Under the pieces are notes generated by a model. It searched no databases. It saw only the letters and a program-made list of their open reading frames with translations, and was not told the origin of the DNA. 64,000 nt of DNA from Candidatus Poribacteria bacterium (GTDB lineage: Bacteria; Poribacteria; WGA-4E; PCPOR2b), in the NCBI GenBank assembly GCA_965116925.1, contig OZ220744.1:3840001-3904000 (forward strand). The letters are read 5' to 3'. A program made the position numbers and the translations under genes. Below are positions 46,903 through 58,376 of the stretch, piece after piece. How positions within the stretch are numbered: the stretch's first letter is position 1; every line of letters starts with the position of its first letter.

Positions 46903-47853
46903 ATGACTTCTGAGAAAAAGACAGGTTTTGTATACCACACTGATTATCTCAACCACGATACCGGAATGCAGAATCCCGAACGTCCGGAACGTCTACAGGC
47001 GAGCATCAAGGCACTGCAAGCCTCTGATTTTTGGGAGGACTTGTACCAGATCGAAGCCACTCCTGCGACGATTGAGCAGACCTGTTATGCACACGTTCGA
47101 GAGCATATTGATCAGATCAAGTGGTACTGTGAAAATAATCTTCCCCTCGATTACGATACACCAACCTCGCCCGCGTCTTATGACATTGCACGCCTTTCGA
47201 CTGGAGGGGTGTTGAGGGCAGCAGATGCTGTCATAGCAGGCAACGTGAGCAACGCCTTTGCCCTTGTCCGTCCGCCCGGACATCACGCCACTCCGAACCG
47301 TTCAATGGGCTTCTGTCTGTTCAACAACGTTGCAATCGCGGCACGATACCTACAGCGTGAACATGGAATGGAGCGTGTCGCAATTATCGATTGGGATGTC
47401 CATCATGGCAACGGGACGCAGGATATCTTTTATGATGACGCTTCCGTTTTCTTTTTTTCCGCGCATCAAGTGCCTCTCTACCCCGGCACCGGTATGGCAA
47501 ACGAGACGGGTACGGGTAACGCTGTTGGCACAACTTTGAACATACCGATGCGTCCGGGCAGTGGATCCGGTGACTACATCGAAGTCTTCCAAAACCTCCT
47601 TAAGCCGGCCCTACTCGATTTTTCTCCCAATTTCCTGATAATCTCGTCTGGATTTGACGCACACCGTTTAGATCCTCTAGCGGCGATCAATATGACCGCA
47701 GACGGTTTTGCGAGTCTGACCGATATCCTTTGCGAAATTGCGGCAGAAACTTGTGAGGGACGATTGATCTCAGCACTAGAGGGTGGCTATGACCTTAAAG
47801 GGCTATCCGAATCGGTTGTCGCTCATGTTGGGCGGTTGAGGGCACATGCGTAA
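46903..47853 (+). CDS. Histone deacetylase family amidohydrolase
   Basis: 'RPPGHHA', 'GFCLFNN', 'DWDVHHGNGTQ', 'GFDAH', 'LEGGY'. Confidence 0.95.
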   Translation: MTSEKKTGFVYHTDYLNHDTGMQNPERPERLQASIKALQASDFWEDLYQIEATPATIEQTCYAHVREHIDQIKWYCENNLPLDYDTPTSPASYDIARLSTGGVLRAADAVIAGNVSNAFALVRPPGHHATPNRSMGFCLFNNVAIAARYLQREHGMERVAIIDWDVHHGNGTQDIFYDDASVFFFSAHQVPLYPGTGMANETGTGNAVGTTLNIPMRPGSGSGDYIEVFQNLLKPALLDFSPNFLIISSGFDAHRLDPLAAINMTADGFASLTDILCEIAAETCEGRLISALEGGYDLKGLSESVVAHVGRLRAHA

Positions 47854-47886
47854 GTCAGATCTTTGACGCTCCCATTGCATTGAGGC

Positions 47887-48561
47887 TCAAAGCGATTTAC
47901 ACGCTGTGACAAACTCCGATGAGGTCGAGGTATACCCGATAATATGTTCAAAATTACGCAACATGACCTTTCGCAGCCAGCCTCCCTCTGGTAAGCTTGG
48001 ATCGACTGTATCAGGATACTCGGCGGAATGCGTGCAATCCCGAAGCATGATGACCCGATAATTGTGCTCGACTGCACCGGCGAGGGTTTGGTATAAACAG
48101 GCACGCTGGCTGAAACCAACCGCAACCAGATTCTTGATGTCATAGCACCGCAAGTGGTAATCGACATGCGTCTCATAGAATCCTGACCACTCCCGTTTGG
48201 GAAAGTCTGGCTCATGCGGTAACGGCTGGATCGACGGGGAATAGTTCGGTTTATAGGGCGTTCTTGAGGCAGGTGATTGCCTTGTTTCAGCAAGGGGATC
48301 ACCCCAGCGTGTACCGTGGATCTCTCGTTTGATGCTGCCCGGCTCATCAACGAGGGAGAAGTCATTGTGAATAAAAACAACCCTCATGCCTGCCGTGCGT
48401 GCCGCAGCCAACGCCGGCGCAATCCCATCTTCCACATGCCGATTTCCCGCCCCACAATCGCTATCCACAATCATGAAAGCGGTTCGATTCAATTCAAGTT
48501 CCAATTCACCGTGTTGAGTTTCATTACTGTACCAACGCACAGGAAGCGTTAAGCTAGCCAT
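47887..48561 (-). CDS. Isochorismatase-like cysteine hydrolase
   Basis: 'AFMIVD', 'FPKREWSGF', 'VGFSQRACL' (Asp-Lys-Cys triad positions). Confidence 0.8.
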   Translation of the reverse strand: MASLTLPVRWYSNETQHGELELELNRTAFMIVDSDCGAGNRHVEDGIAPALAAARTAGMRVVFIHNDFSLVDEPGSIKREIHGTRWGDPLAETRQSPASRTPYKPNYSPSIQPLPHEPDFPKREWSGFYETHVDYHLRCYDIKNLVAVGFSQRACLYQTLAGAVEHNYRVIMLRDCTHSAEYPDTVDPSLPEGGWLRKVMLRNFEHIIGYTSTSSEFVTACKSL

Positions 48562-48583
48562 AGTGAACCTCCTCTCCAATCAA

Positions 48584-49927
48584 TCAGTAACTCGATGGTT
48601 TTGGTGTTGCGGGGGGCCAATATCCGTTGGGGTCTTCATTCCAAGGGTGTCCGCATAGCCGAGAAATCACGCACCACTCCGCCGATGTGAGATGTGCATG
48701 GTTATGAAAAAGGAAACGTTTCAGACCTGCTGCCTCCGAAGCTGTGAGGATGCGATGTAGGTCTCCAGCAGTCATTGGATCCCCGCCGTGTGGCATCCGC
48801 CCTGTGTCCACCCAAGGGACAATTTTCTCCGGCTGACTGACCGCTGCAAGTGCCCGTTCGGTTTCAGTCGTAACGACTTGATCAAAGAAAGCTTGGGGAA
48901 ACCCCAAATCCATGTCCGATAGAGAGTTTACCTCCGGCAAATCTATACCCATCCACGCTTTCAGCACGGTAAAGCAATCCCGTTCGGTCAAATGCGGATT
49001 CCACTCTTGAATCTGTCCTATCCAACGGGCGACGGTGCCGTACATTCCGTCGAAACCCCGATGCCAGAAGTAGTGTTTGACGAGCAGCACATCAACAATT
49101 TGATCCCAAGCATGGAAATCGAGCGCAGTCATTCCAGAAAATACGGCTGAACGGGGACCATTTCCCAATAACAACTTGCGCGGGGATTTATCCAGTTCAT
49201 GCCGAAATGCCTCCCCTGTTTTAATTCCATCCTCCCGCCGCCAGCGGAGCCAGTAAATCGCATCCTCATTGATATCGAAGAGGTTCATCTCCGATAGCAC
49301 GCCGTAGGCTCCGTAATAGCGGACTTCGGCGGAGGTAAGATTGCGAAAACGCTCATGGAGATGGCGTCTGCCACGTTCAAGTCTGTCTGGATTATATCCT
49401 CTGATAGCAGCTTGGGCTTTGGTTGATTCGGGAATATCCGCAAACACGGCATTTCCGTGATGCCACTCCAGTTCATAAGCGGACTCTGTCCAACCATCCA
49501 TGATACCGCCATCGACCTGTGGAAAGCTGCCGAATGTCTCATCCCAGACCGCTGCCATAGCAACCGCGCCGTAGGGATCCTCCTCCAGCGGAAGCGGTTT
49601 CGCACCCGTTGCACCGCTGCCGGGGGCAAAGATGAAAATCTCCCAACCGCGTGACTTGGCGTTATCGAGCATCGCATGGAGCAGCTTCTCTTTCGAGGGA
49701 TCGGTTTCTGTGTCTCGGACATTTGGCTCCAACCCGCGATTGCGATAGGCTTGCGGGTTGGAAGGAAAAGCAGGAATGGTGAATTGACCCTGTGCATCGG
49801 CAAAAAGTGTGCGCCCAAAAACAAAGCCTTTGATTCCACCAGCTTCCCACGCATCAAAGATCCGTTCATAATCGTTCATCACCGGTTCAAGGGGTTGACC
49901 GATGCGTATCCACGCTTGCAGTGCCAT
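48584..49927 (-). CDS. Hypothetical protein, possibly glycoside-hydrolase-like TIM barrel
   Basis: 447-aa ORF in an operon; aromatic-rich, 'VDGGIMDGW', 'WLRWRRE', 'VKHY'. Confidence 0.5.
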   Translation of the reverse strand: MALQAWIRIGQPLEPVMNDYERIFDAWEAGGIKGFVFGRTLFADAQGQFTIPAFPSNPQAYRNRGLEPNVRDTETDPSKEKLLHAMLDNAKSRGWEIFIFAPGSGATGAKPLPLEEDPYGAVAMAAVWDETFGSFPQVDGGIMDGWTESAYELEWHHGNAVFADIPESTKAQAAIRGYNPDRLERGRRHLHERFRNLTSAEVRYYGAYGVLSEMNLFDINEDAIYWLRWRREDGIKTGEAFRHELDKSPRKLLLGNGPRSAVFSGMTALDFHAWDQIVDVLLVKHYFWHRGFDGMYGTVARWIGQIQEWNPHLTERDCFTVLKAWMGIDLPEVNSLSDMDLGFPQAFFDQVVTTETERALAAVSQPEKIVPWVDTGRMPHGGDPMTAGDLHRILTASEAAGLKRFLFHNHAHLTSAEWCVISRLCGHPWNEDPNGYWPPATPKPSSY

Positions 49928-49996
49928 GTTGTGAACTCCTTTTTTGTCGAGATGTTTCTTGAGATACCTCTTTTGCTATGGATTCCACTTTTACCC

Positions 49997-50755
49997 CTAC
50001 CCATGAGGCATAATATAGCGGCGTCGATGATAGGCAATGCGGAATCCCTGTCGTTGGTATATCCGCTCGGCGTTGCTGCCCGTTGTTGTCTCCAGCGTTG
50101 TCCATCGGTTGCCCATCGCTTGTGAATCTGCAACCGCTCGTGCGATCATAGCAGAAGCGATCCCTTTGCGGCGATGTTCAGGCAGTGTTGCGACATGGTC
50201 AACGTAACCCATGCCAAATTGTGAGTAGACCAGCGTTGTACCTGCCGGCGCACCGTCCACACGTGCTAGATAGCGGCGCACTTCAGGCACGACTAGCACA
50301 TCGCGTCCGACTTCCCCCATCGTCTGGTCATGACCGAATCCACGGCACATGATATCCGCCCAAAGGTCGTATTCCTTATCGAGTGAAACATCAACTTTCG
50401 CGACAGTTTCGGCGGGCGGTGGTGTAGTGGATGGATCATAGACCATCGCCGATGCCAACATGCCCTCCGTGAAGCCACGCCTCTCCAACCGCTCGCTAAG
50501 GTTAGCAGGACGGTCTAGTGGCGAAAGGGTGAACATGCAGTCGTATTGTTTCTCTTGAAACAGGCGAATCGCATCGTCGATCAACCTGTCTACTTGGGCA
50601 TCGTCCACGTTCACCTGTACAATGCGGTGAAAGAAGTCCATCGCTGCGCGGTCATGACTGAACGCTAGTGCGCCGTTGAGATCGTGATTGTCACACCACG
50701 AAGCGCGAAGGGTAATCCAGAGTTTTTCAAAGGTAGTCATCAGTTCGTCAGGCAT
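49997..50755 (-). CDS. GNAT family N-acetyltransferase
   Basis: 'VATLPEHRRKGIAS', 'IYQRQGF'. Confidence 0.85.
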   Translation of the reverse strand: MPDELMTTFEKLWITLRASWCDNHDLNGALAFSHDRAAMDFFHRIVQVNVDDAQVDRLIDDAIRLFQEKQYDCMFTLSPLDRPANLSERLERRGFTEGMLASAMVYDPSTTPPPAETVAKVDVSLDKEYDLWADIMCRGFGHDQTMGEVGRDVLVVPEVRRYLARVDGAPAGTTLVYSQFGMGYVDHVATLPEHRRKGIASAMIARAVADSQAMGNRWTTLETTTGSNAERIYQRQGFRIAYHRRRYIMPHG

Positions 50756-50805
50756 AATTACACTCCTATGACATGATTACATCAGGGTGATTCTGTCTCT
50801 GCCAA

Positions 50806-52059
50806 TTAAACAGAACGGCTAAATCGAGGCTCAACCAACCGGAAGGTCAGCAGGACGCTACAAAAGACTAAGACAGAACACGAAATAAACACAGATTCAA
50901 AAGAGAATCGATCAATCAGCAGCCCAACCACCGGCGATCCCAGCAATGGTACTGTCTGAAGAACACTCAGCAATCCCAAGTATTGCGGGTGTTTTTCCTG
51001 TGGAGAAATCTCAAGTGTGTAGTTTGTAAGAATACGACCCGATACCGGTGTGAATCCCAAACAGGCATATACAAGCCAGTACCAGTGCGCTCCCATCGGC
51101 AGGCGACTCAAACCGACCGCCAGCAGAGGCACACACGCGGCGACAAAGATTAGCACGCGCATCACAATCCGATTGCCGTGCCGATCTGCGATATTCCCCA
51201 TCACTAAGGCACCGAGTCCGCTGACTGTGTTTTGTGCAATCAACAGCGTTACAAAGTTTCTTGACACTAATCCTAACGTTCGTTTTCCAAAAACGGTATA
51301 GTGCGGAAAAATGGGCCAACCTGTGTAGAATAACATCAGGACTATTGCGAATATACGAAAATTCCGGTCATATCGCAGCAGCATCAGTCCAGAACTGAGA
51401 TATTTGAGAAAAGGCACGGTTCGCGCCGAATGGTCATCAGGGGGTTCACGAAAAAACAGACTGGCGCACGCAGCAAAGCCAAAGAACATCCCCGTCATCC
51501 CAAATATCCAAGCATAATTGGCAGTGTCGCCGCGAACCCAACGGGGCATCACAAGCCAGACGATAATAATTGCAAGCGTACAGCCGATGAGACTGGCATA
51601 AGCCAATAGGCGACCCCGTCTTCTAGGACGAATCAGTTTTCCCTGTAGTGTGCCGTTCGCTAGGACATTGCTGCCGTAGGTCAGCCAGTGCAAGCCATAC
51701 AGTGTCAGAAAAATCGCTACGATTGTGTTGTTTGACCAACTTCCAAATTCAAGGCTCAGTGCCAGCACTAGCCAAGGAAAGGTAATACCGAAGGCGGAAA
51801 GTATAAACACCATTCGTTTTCTTGGCATTTTTGCCACGCGGTGTGCGATAAGAATCTGAGGTATACTTTGTCCAATTCGAGAGATGAGGGGCAGCAGTCC
51901 CCGGATAAACCCCGATAAAGTGTAGACATCCAGAAACCCCGGCATTACTACCGATTCAGTCTTGAAAATCCAGCCGAGCCTCATAAAGATTTGGTTAGCC
52001 GCAAACACAACGAGATTGCGCTTTTCGTGCTGCTCGACCTCTTTCTCGATTGTGTTCAT
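50806..52059 (-). CDS. MFS transporter
   Basis: About 12 hydrophobic segments; 'GNIADRHGNR' motif A. Confidence 0.85.
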   Translation of the reverse strand: MNTIEKEVEQHEKRNLVVFAANQIFMRLGWIFKTESVVMPGFLDVYTLSGFIRGLLPLISRIGQSIPQILIAHRVAKMPRKRMVFILSAFGITFPWLVLALSLEFGSWSNNTIVAIFLTLYGLHWLTYGSNVLANGTLQGKLIRPRRRGRLLAYASLIGCTLAIIIVWLVMPRWVRGDTANYAWIFGMTGMFFGFAACASLFFREPPDDHSARTVPFLKYLSSGLMLLRYDRNFRIFAIVLMLFYTGWPIFPHYTVFGKRTLGLVSRNFVTLLIAQNTVSGLGALVMGNIADRHGNRIVMRVLIFVAACVPLLAVGLSRLPMGAHWYWLVYACLGFTPVSGRILTNYTLEISPQEKHPQYLGLLSVLQTVPLLGSPVVGLLIDRFSFESVFISCSVLVFCSVLLTFRLVEPRFSRSV

Positions 52060-52089
52060 AAAGAAAAATGCCCTTTCCAAGACCGAAAC

Positions 52090-52133
52090 AAAAAATCGTC
52101 ACTTCGGCAGTATGGTTGCAACCGGAGTGACGA
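52090..52133 (-). terminator. Rho-independent terminator after ilvC
   Basis: tcgtcactccgg...ccgaagtgacga followed by a T run on the minus strand. Confidence 0.65.
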
Positions 52134-52167
52134 CTTTGATAAAAATCTGGGATTCAAGGTGCGATTA

Positions 52168-53160
52168 CTACTCCTCAAGCCAACTCATCATACTTCGTAG
52201 ATCCTTCCCTACCTTTTCGATCTTTAGCTCTGACTCTCGGCGACGGAGGGCTTGTAGCACGGGTTGGTTCGCTTGATTTTCCAGTACCCACTCCCTAGCA
52301 AATTCTCCGTTCTGTACCTCTTTAAGAATTGTCCGCATACGCTCTCGGACGCCATCATCAATGACACGAGGCCCGCGGGTGAGATCGCCAAACTCCGCCG
52401 TGTTACTGACATCATTGCGCATTTTGCTGAGTCCACCCGTGTAGATCAGATCTACAATCAACTTCAGCTCATGCAAACACTCAAAAAACGCCATTTCCGG
52501 TTGGTAGCCAGCCTCGACGAGGGTATCGAAAGCAGCCTTAATCAGGGCGGTCGTCCCGCCACAAAGCACCGCTTGTTCGCCGAAGAGATCGGTTTCCGTC
52601 TCCTCGCGGAAGGTAGTCTCAATGATACCCGCCCGCGCCCCACCGATCCCCTTCGCATACGCGAGTGCGATGTCTCTGGCATGTCCCGTTACATCCTGCT
52701 GGATAGCGATAAGGCACGGTACGCCGCCGCCTTCTTCAAAGACCTGTCGAACGAGCAGCCCCGGTCCCTTCGGTGCAATCATCGCCACGTCAATGTCGCT
52801 GGCTGGAATGATCTGACCGAAATGGATGCTGAAACCGTGTGAAACCATCACCATGTTACCGGCTTGCAGATTCGGCTCGATCTGATTCCGATACACCGCC
52901 CCATGTTGTTCATCCGGGATGAGAATCTGGACAATATCTGCTTCAGCAGCGGCTTCGTCAATACTTTTGACGGTCAATCCTTCCGATTCTGCTGCCGGTT
53001 GGGAGCGGCTGCCGGGTCGCAGCCCGAGGACAACGTTTGCGCCGCTGTCCTTGAGGTTCAACGCCTGTGCGCGTCCTTGGCTGCCATAGCCGATGACAGC
53101 AACAGTCCGTTCCTTGAGTAAATCAAAATCTGCATCGCTATCGTAATAAATTGTTGCCAT
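52168..53160 (-). CDS. ilvC: Ketol-acid reductoisomerase
   Basis: 'IGYGSQG', 'APKGPG', '[16 protein letters not shown]', 'SNTAEFGD'. Confidence 0.97.
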   Translation of the reverse strand: MATIYYDSDADFDLLKERTVAVIGYGSQGRAQALNLKDSGANVVLGLRPGSRSQPAAESEGLTVKSIDEAAAEADIVQILIPDEQHGAVYRNQIEPNLQAGNMVMVSHGFSIHFGQIIPASDIDVAMIAPKGPGLLVRQVFEEGGGVPCLIAIQQDVTGHARDIALAYAKGIGGARAGIIETTFREETETDLFGEQAVLCGGTTALIKAAFDTLVEAGYQPEMAFFECLHELKLIVDLIYTGGLSKMRNDVSNTAEFGDLTRGPRVIDDGVRERMRTILKEVQNGEFAREWVLENQANQPVLQALRRRESELKIEKVGKDLRSMMSWLEE

Positions 53161-53206
53161 GAATACTCCTTATATGTAAAACGTGAAAACGCAATCATGC
53201 GTGGCA

Positions 53207-53698
53207 TTACTTTGCGGCACCGCGCATAATTGCAATTTTACCGGTGCGGGCAAGTTCTTGAATGCCGTAGGGACGTAGCAGATCAATCGCCGCCTTTAGT
53301 TTCCCTTCGTCGCCAGTCACTTCGATGATTAGGGAGTCGGGCCCGACATCCACTGTGTGGGCACGGAAGATCTCGACAATTTGGAGAATTTCGCCACGGC
53401 GTTGCGGCTCGGCGTAGACCTTAATCAGTACAATCTCCCGCTCGACGTGGTTTTCAACAGTAAGATCTGTCACCTTGATTACGTCAATCAGCTTGTTCAG
53501 GTGTTTGTAAATCTGTTCAATGATCTGCGCGTCCCCATGTGTAACGATTGTCATGTGTGAAACGTCCGGATCATCAGTTTCAGCGACATTGAGGCTGTCA
53601 ATGTTAAATCCGCGCCCACTGAACAACCCCGCAATTCGCGCGAGGACCCCGAAGCGATTTTCAACAAGTACGGAAAAGATGTGTCGTTCTTCAGTCAT
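53207..53698 (-). CDS. ilvN: Acetolactate synthase small subunit
   Basis: 'LVENRFGVLARIAGLFSGRGFNIDSL', 'ELARTG'. Confidence 0.95.
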   Translation of the reverse strand: MTEERHIFSVLVENRFGVLARIAGLFSGRGFNIDSLNVAETDDPDVSHMTIVTHGDAQIIEQIYKHLNKLIDVIKVTDLTVENHVEREIVLIKVYAEPQRRGEILQIVEIFRAHTVDVGPDSLIIEVTGDEGKLKAAIDLLRPYGIQELARTGKIAIMRGAAK

Positions 53699-55374
53699 TA
53701 TGCCAAACCTCGTATCACATCGCCAAGTCCCGCCCCCGCAGGAACCATTGGGAAGACATTTTCCTCTTCATCAACGATAAAGTCGATAACAACGGGACCG
53801 TCGTTGATGCCTTTTGCTTTCTCCAGTGCCGGACGGACATCTTCAATTCGCTCAACACGAATCCCGGTCGCCCCAAATGCCTCAGCGAGCAGTGCGAAAT
53901 CGGGGTTATCGTGATAGTCAACAGCGGCGTAGCGTTTCTGGTGGAAGAGTTCCTGCCACTGCCGAACCATGCCGAGATACATGTTGTTGATAATGAAGAT
54001 CTTGAGCGGGAGTTTCATGGTGATAGCGGGAACAAGTTCCTGTATCGTCATGATGTATGAGCCGTCGCCATTGATGTTGACAACCGTTTTGTCAGGACAG
54101 CCAAGCTGTGCACCGATTGCTGCTGGCAAGCTGAACCCCATAGTGCCGAGACCACCGGAATTTAACCATTGACGTGGTTCGGTGAATTTGAAATATTGCG
54201 CCGCCCACATCTGATGCTGTCCGACATCTCCAACGACTATCGCATCCGGGTAAAGGTTGTAAATCTGCTCGATTACATACTGCGGCATAATGTTATCACC
54301 ATTTTGTTCATACTCAAAGGGATACTGCTCTTTCCACTCATTAATTTGGCGCATCCAGGGTTCGATATCTACGCGATGCACCCGTTTGTTCATTTCCGCT
54401 AATACGCGCTTGGCATCGCCGACAATCGGCACATCAATGGGAACGTTCTTGCCAATGCAAGAGGCATCAATGTCAATATGGATCTTCTTCGCGTTCGGCG
54501 CGAATTTCGTCAAGTCCCCGGTAACACGGTCATCGAATCGGGCACCGACCGCAATGACGAGATCGGAATCGGTAAACGCATAGTTAGCGCAGCAGGATCC
54601 GTGCATACCGGGCATCTCCATTGCCAGCGGATGGGTTTCGGGAAACGCGCCTAAGCCCATTAGTGTTACGGTAATTGGAATACCTGTTTTTATTGCTAAC
54701 TCACGCAGTTCTTCAGAGGCGTTGGAAAGCGTTACACCACCGCCCGCGTAGAGTATTGGACGCTCGGCGTTGTGAATCAGCTCAACCGCTTTTGCGATCT
54801 GGCGTGGGTGTCCCTCTACCTTCGGTTTGTAGCTGCGGATATTGATCTTCTCTGGGTAACGGAATAACGATTCGTGGATCTGCGCATCTTTGGCGAAATC
54901 GACGACGACGGGCCCAGGTCTGCCCGTGCTAGCGATATGGAATGCTTCTGCTATGACCTCAGCGACTTCATCCCCACTTTTGATTAAATAACTGTGCTTG
55001 CATACCGGGCGCGTCACGCCTATAACATCACACTCTTGGAAGGCATCGTTCCCCATTAGATGGGTAAAAACCTGCCCCGTGATTGCCACCATCGGAATCG
55101 AATCCATATAGGCGGTTGCGATACCGGTCACTAGATTTGTGGCACCGGGGCCCGAAGTGGCAAGCGTCACACCGACCTTACCGGTCGCCCGTGCATAGCC
55201 ATCGGCGGCGTGTGACGCACCTTGTTCGTGCCGCATCATGATTAGTTTCACATCAGGGTGATCGTAGAGGGCGTCAAAGATTGGCATCGCTGCGCCGCCG
55301 TTGACACCGAAAATATACTCCACGCCTTCCTGTTTGAGACTTTCAATCAGTATTTTTGCTCCTGATAGTTCCAT
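53698..55374 (-). CDS. ilvB: Acetolactate synthase large subunit
   Basis: 'RHEQGA.HAADGYARATG', 'TSGPGATN', 'SGGLGTMGF', 'GDGS', 'GMVRQWQ'. Confidence 0.97.
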   Translation of the reverse strand: MELSGAKILIESLKQEGVEYIFGVNGGAAMPIFDALYDHPDVKLIMMRHEQGASHAADGYARATGKVGVTLATSGPGATNLVTGIATAYMDSIPMVAITGQVFTHLMGNDAFQECDVIGVTRPVCKHSYLIKSGDEVAEVIAEAFHIASTGRPGPVVVDFAKDAQIHESLFRYPEKINIRSYKPKVEGHPRQIAKAVELIHNAERPILYAGGGVTLSNASEELRELAIKTGIPITVTLMGLGAFPETHPLAMEMPGMHGSCCANYAFTDSDLVIAVGARFDDRVTGDLTKFAPNAKKIHIDIDASCIGKNVPIDVPIVGDAKRVLAEMNKRVHRVDIEPWMRQINEWKEQYPFEYEQNGDNIMPQYVIEQIYNLYPDAIVVGDVGQHQMWAAQYFKFTEPRQWLNSGGLGTMGFSLPAAIGAQLGCPDKTVVNINGDGSYIMTIQELVPAITMKLPLKIFIINNMYLGMVRQWQELFHQKRYAAVDYHDNPDFALLAEAFGATGIRVERIEDVRPALEKAKGINDGPVVIDFIVDEEENVFPMVPAGAGLGDVIRGLA

Positions 55375-55477
55375 AACAATCTCCTCTTAAGTTTGACACA
55401 TGTAACGTGAGACATGAAACGTAATAAAAAACGCATTACGCTTCACGTATTAATTTTTTATTAAGAATATACCCAAT

Positions 55478-55810
55478 AAAAAAGCCCTCCCGTTCCAACC
55501 CTCAGTTGTCTCGATTGAAAATTTCGAGAACAACTTGTGAGGACATACTTGGAGACGAGAAGGGCTTTCTCTAAAGTCCTTACCGTGGTACCACTCCAAT
55601 TCCCTTTTGTCAATCAAATACTGTGTGTAAAAGGGCACTCATTGGTATGCGTAACGTGCATGAATTCGGCTAACCCTACTCAGCGTTTTCAGGTTAGCAG
55701 CTCCAGGGCGACCTTCAGTCGGGGTTACTTGGGGAAATCTCTCAGCCGGTGGATTTCCCGCTCTGTCAAGACCGTTCGACTTACTCCTCCCCTTCATCGC
55801 TTTTGTGTAT
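55478..55810 (-). promoter_or_regulatory. T-box riboswitch (transcriptional), specifier GUC = Val
   Basis: Stem I GCGAUGA..AGUA..AGAG..GCUGAGAG..GAAG-GUC-GCCCU; T-box AAUUGGAG-UGGUACC-ACGG (55583-601); antiterminator partner CGUCUCCAA; terminator AAGCCC...GGGCUUUUUU. Confidence 0.85.
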
Positions 55811-55905
55811 TCAATTTTGAACAAGATTAATGATATATATTTAGAAATATAGCGTACCTTCAGTGAAACATCTGAAGGCACGCTATCTCATTTGCAATCG
55901 TCGCC

Positions 55906-56520
55906 TTAGCCTTTTGCAGCGGCGTAACGTCTGGCGACCTCTTCCCAGTTGATAACGTTCGCCCAAGCCTCGATATAGGCAGGACGCAGGTTCTGATATT
56001 TTAGATAGTACGCATGTTCCCAGACATCAAGACCGAGTATCGGTGTATGTCCCTGCATGATGGGGCTATCTTGGTTAGCAGTCGAGTAGATCTGCAAACC
56101 GCCGGTTTCATCAACAACGAGCCATGCCCAGCCGGATCCGAAACGGGTTGTTGCAGCGGTGGTAAACTCTTCCTTGGCAGCCTCAAGCGACCCACAAGCG
56201 GCCTCGATTGCAGCGGCGACCTCCGGCGTAGGGGTACCACCACCGTTGGGGCCCATTATGGTCCAGAAGAGTGAATGGTTGGCATGACCGCCGCCATTAT
56301 TGATAACAGCTTGCCGTTTGTCTTCTGGCACCTGGTCGATGTTACGTAACAAGTCTTCGACCGACAAGGCTGCCAAATCATCAAGCCCTTCAAGAGCGGT
56401 ATTAAGATTAGTGATGTAAGCCTGATGGTGTTTTCCGTGATGGATTTGCATCGTTTGCTCGTCAATGTGTGGTTCCAGAGCGTTGTGAGCATACGGCAGG
56501 TCAGGTAGTGTATGTGCCAT
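55906..56520 (-). CDS. sodA: Mn/Fe superoxide dismutase
   Basis: 'HHGKHH', '[13 protein letters not shown]', 'FGSGWAWL', 'DVWEHAYY'. Confidence 0.95.
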   Translation of the reverse strand: MAHTLPDLPYAHNALEPHIDEQTMQIHHGKHHQAYITNLNTALEGLDDLAALSVEDLLRNIDQVPEDKRQAVINNGGGHANHSLFWTIMGPNGGGTPTPEVAAAIEAACGSLEAAKEEFTTAATTRFGSGWAWLVVDETGGLQIYSTANQDSPIMQGHTPILGLDVWEHAYYLKYQNLRPAYIEAWANVINWEEVARRYAAAKG

Positions 56521-56720
56521 TAGAATTTACCTCCTTGGGAATTCCTATAATTTTGAAGTTGATAAATCAACACTAACTAAAAACATATAGTCCTTAAATC
56601 GCCCTATTATAACACATAGAATAATTAAAGCCAAGCGATTTTTGTAAATGCTTGATTGACCGCCCTAATAATCTGTGATAGAATAGATTTACGACTTAAT
56701 AGATGAGAAGGTTAGACACA

Positions 56721-58259
56721 ATGACACGTGAAACCATAGTTGTTTTAGATTTCGGTTCGCAGTATACACAGTTAATCGCACGGCGTGTCCGCGAACACAA
56801 GGTGTACTGTGAGATTCATCCCTACACTATTCCGCTAAATCAGCTGGCAGCCCTCCAACCGAAAGGTATCATTTTCTCTGGTGGTCCTGCAAGCGTCTAC
56901 GCGACAGATGCCCCCCTGCTCGATCCGAAGATTTTAACGCTCGGCGTACCGATTCTCGGTATCTGTTACGGTATGCAGCTTATCGCGCACCTCTCCACCG
57001 GCGGAAAAGTGCACCCCGCCGATGAGCGCGAATTTGGTTCGGCAGAATTGACCGTGGATCTGCCGATCCCGTTGTTTGCGGATCTGTCGAAGACGGTAGA
57101 TGTCTGGATGAGTCACGGCGATCGAATTGATGTTTTACCTGATGGATTTCATCCTGTCGCCCACACCCATAATTCCCCAATAGCAGCGATTGCAGATTTG
57201 GATCGGGACATCTACGGCTTGCAATTCCATCCGGAGGTTATCCACACACGCGATGATAACCGGCTACTCGCCAATTTTGTCTATGAGGTCTGCGAATGTA
57301 GCGATGAATGGACGATGGAATCCTTCATCGCCGAATCAACAGAGAAGATTCGCGCCGAAACGGGTGGTGCTCGCGTGTTATGTGCCGTAAGTGGTGGGGT
57401 TGACTCGACAGTGCTCGCGACGCTGCTTAAACGTGCGGTCGGGGATGCGCTGGTCTGCGTTTTTGTCAATAACGGTCTGTTGCGGAAAAATGAAGCAGAT
57501 CAGGTATTGTCAACCTTTCGGGAACTTGGCATTGATGTTTATTACGTTGATGCTGCCGAACGGTTTCTCGAATATCTTTCGGGTGTTGAAAGTCCGGAGC
57601 AGAAGCGTAAAATTATTGGAAATCAGTTCATTGAAGTATTCAAAGAAGGATTAGAGCAAATTGGACAGATCGACTTCCTAGCGCAGGGTACACTTTACCC
57701 CGACGTAATCGAGAGCGTGTCCGTCAAAGGACCATCGGCGACGATTAAGACCCACCATAATGTCGGTGGACTTCCTGAGAATCTGCCGTTCAAACTGATT
57801 GAACCGCTTCGTGAACTGTTCAAGGATGAAGTGCGAGCGGTCGGATCAGAACTGGGTATCCCGAAACAGGTTCTAGGACGGCATCCATTCCCCGGTCCCG
57901 GTTTAGCCGTCCGCATCTTGGGTCCAATCACGCAAGAACGTCTTGACATGCTTCGGGAAGCAGATGAAATCTTCATCGCAGAGTTACGGAACGCAGGACT
58001 ATATGACGAAATCTGGCAGGCGTTGACTGTGTTTCTTCCTGTTAAGAGTGTTGGCGTGATGGGTGACGAACGCACCTACGAAAACGTTGTAGCTTTGCGC
58101 GCTGTGACGAGCACCGATGGCATGACAGCGGACTGGGCGAAGATTCCTCACAACGTTTTGGGCATCATTTCCAATCGCATCATCAACGAGGTACGTGGTA
58201 TCAATCGCGTCGTTTATGATATCAGCTCTAAACCGCCGAGCACGATTGAGTGGGAATAA
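56721..58259 (+). CDS. guaA: GMP synthase (glutamine-hydrolysing)
   Basis: 'LDFGSQY', 'GICYGMQ', 'QFHPEV', 'SGGVDS', 'KPPSTIEWE'. Confidence 0.97.
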   Translation: MTRETIVVLDFGSQYTQLIARRVREHKVYCEIHPYTIPLNQLAALQPKGIIFSGGPASVYATDAPLLDPKILTLGVPILGICYGMQLIAHLSTGGKVHPADEREFGSAELTVDLPIPLFADLSKTVDVWMSHGDRIDVLPDGFHPVAHTHNSPIAAIADLDRDIYGLQFHPEVIHTRDDNRLLANFVYEVCECSDEWTMESFIAESTEKIRAETGGARVLCAVSGGVDSTVLATLLKRAVGDALVCVFVNNGLLRKNEADQVLSTFRELGIDVYYVDAAERFLEYLSGVESPEQKRKIIGNQFIEVFKEGLEQIGQIDFLAQGTLYPDVIESVSVKGPSATIKTHHNVGGLPENLPFKLIEPLRELFKDEVRAVGSELGIPKQVLGRHPFPGPGLAVRILGPITQERLDMLREADEIFIAELRNAGLYDEIWQALTVFLPVKSVGVMGDERTYENVVALRAVTSTDGMTADWAKIPHNVLGIISNRIINEVRGINRVVYDISSKPPSTIEWE

Positions 58260-58376
58260 CAAAGAAGAGTTCATTCCAAGAGTTCATTAGTACATTCGTC
58301 ATTGTATAGAACACAGATCTGTACTCCATACTTGCGTTAATTAATGAACCAATGCCCCAACAAAAGGAAAACAAAC

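Noticed and set aside
56530..56640. Fur/PerR box upstream of sodA
   Set aside because: AT-rich, but no clear 19-bp or 7-1-7 palindrome recognisable
58258..58275. Self-target of the IsrB guide (caaagaaga match)
   Set aside because: Only about 9 nt match, not TAM-proximal, and no ATGA TAM
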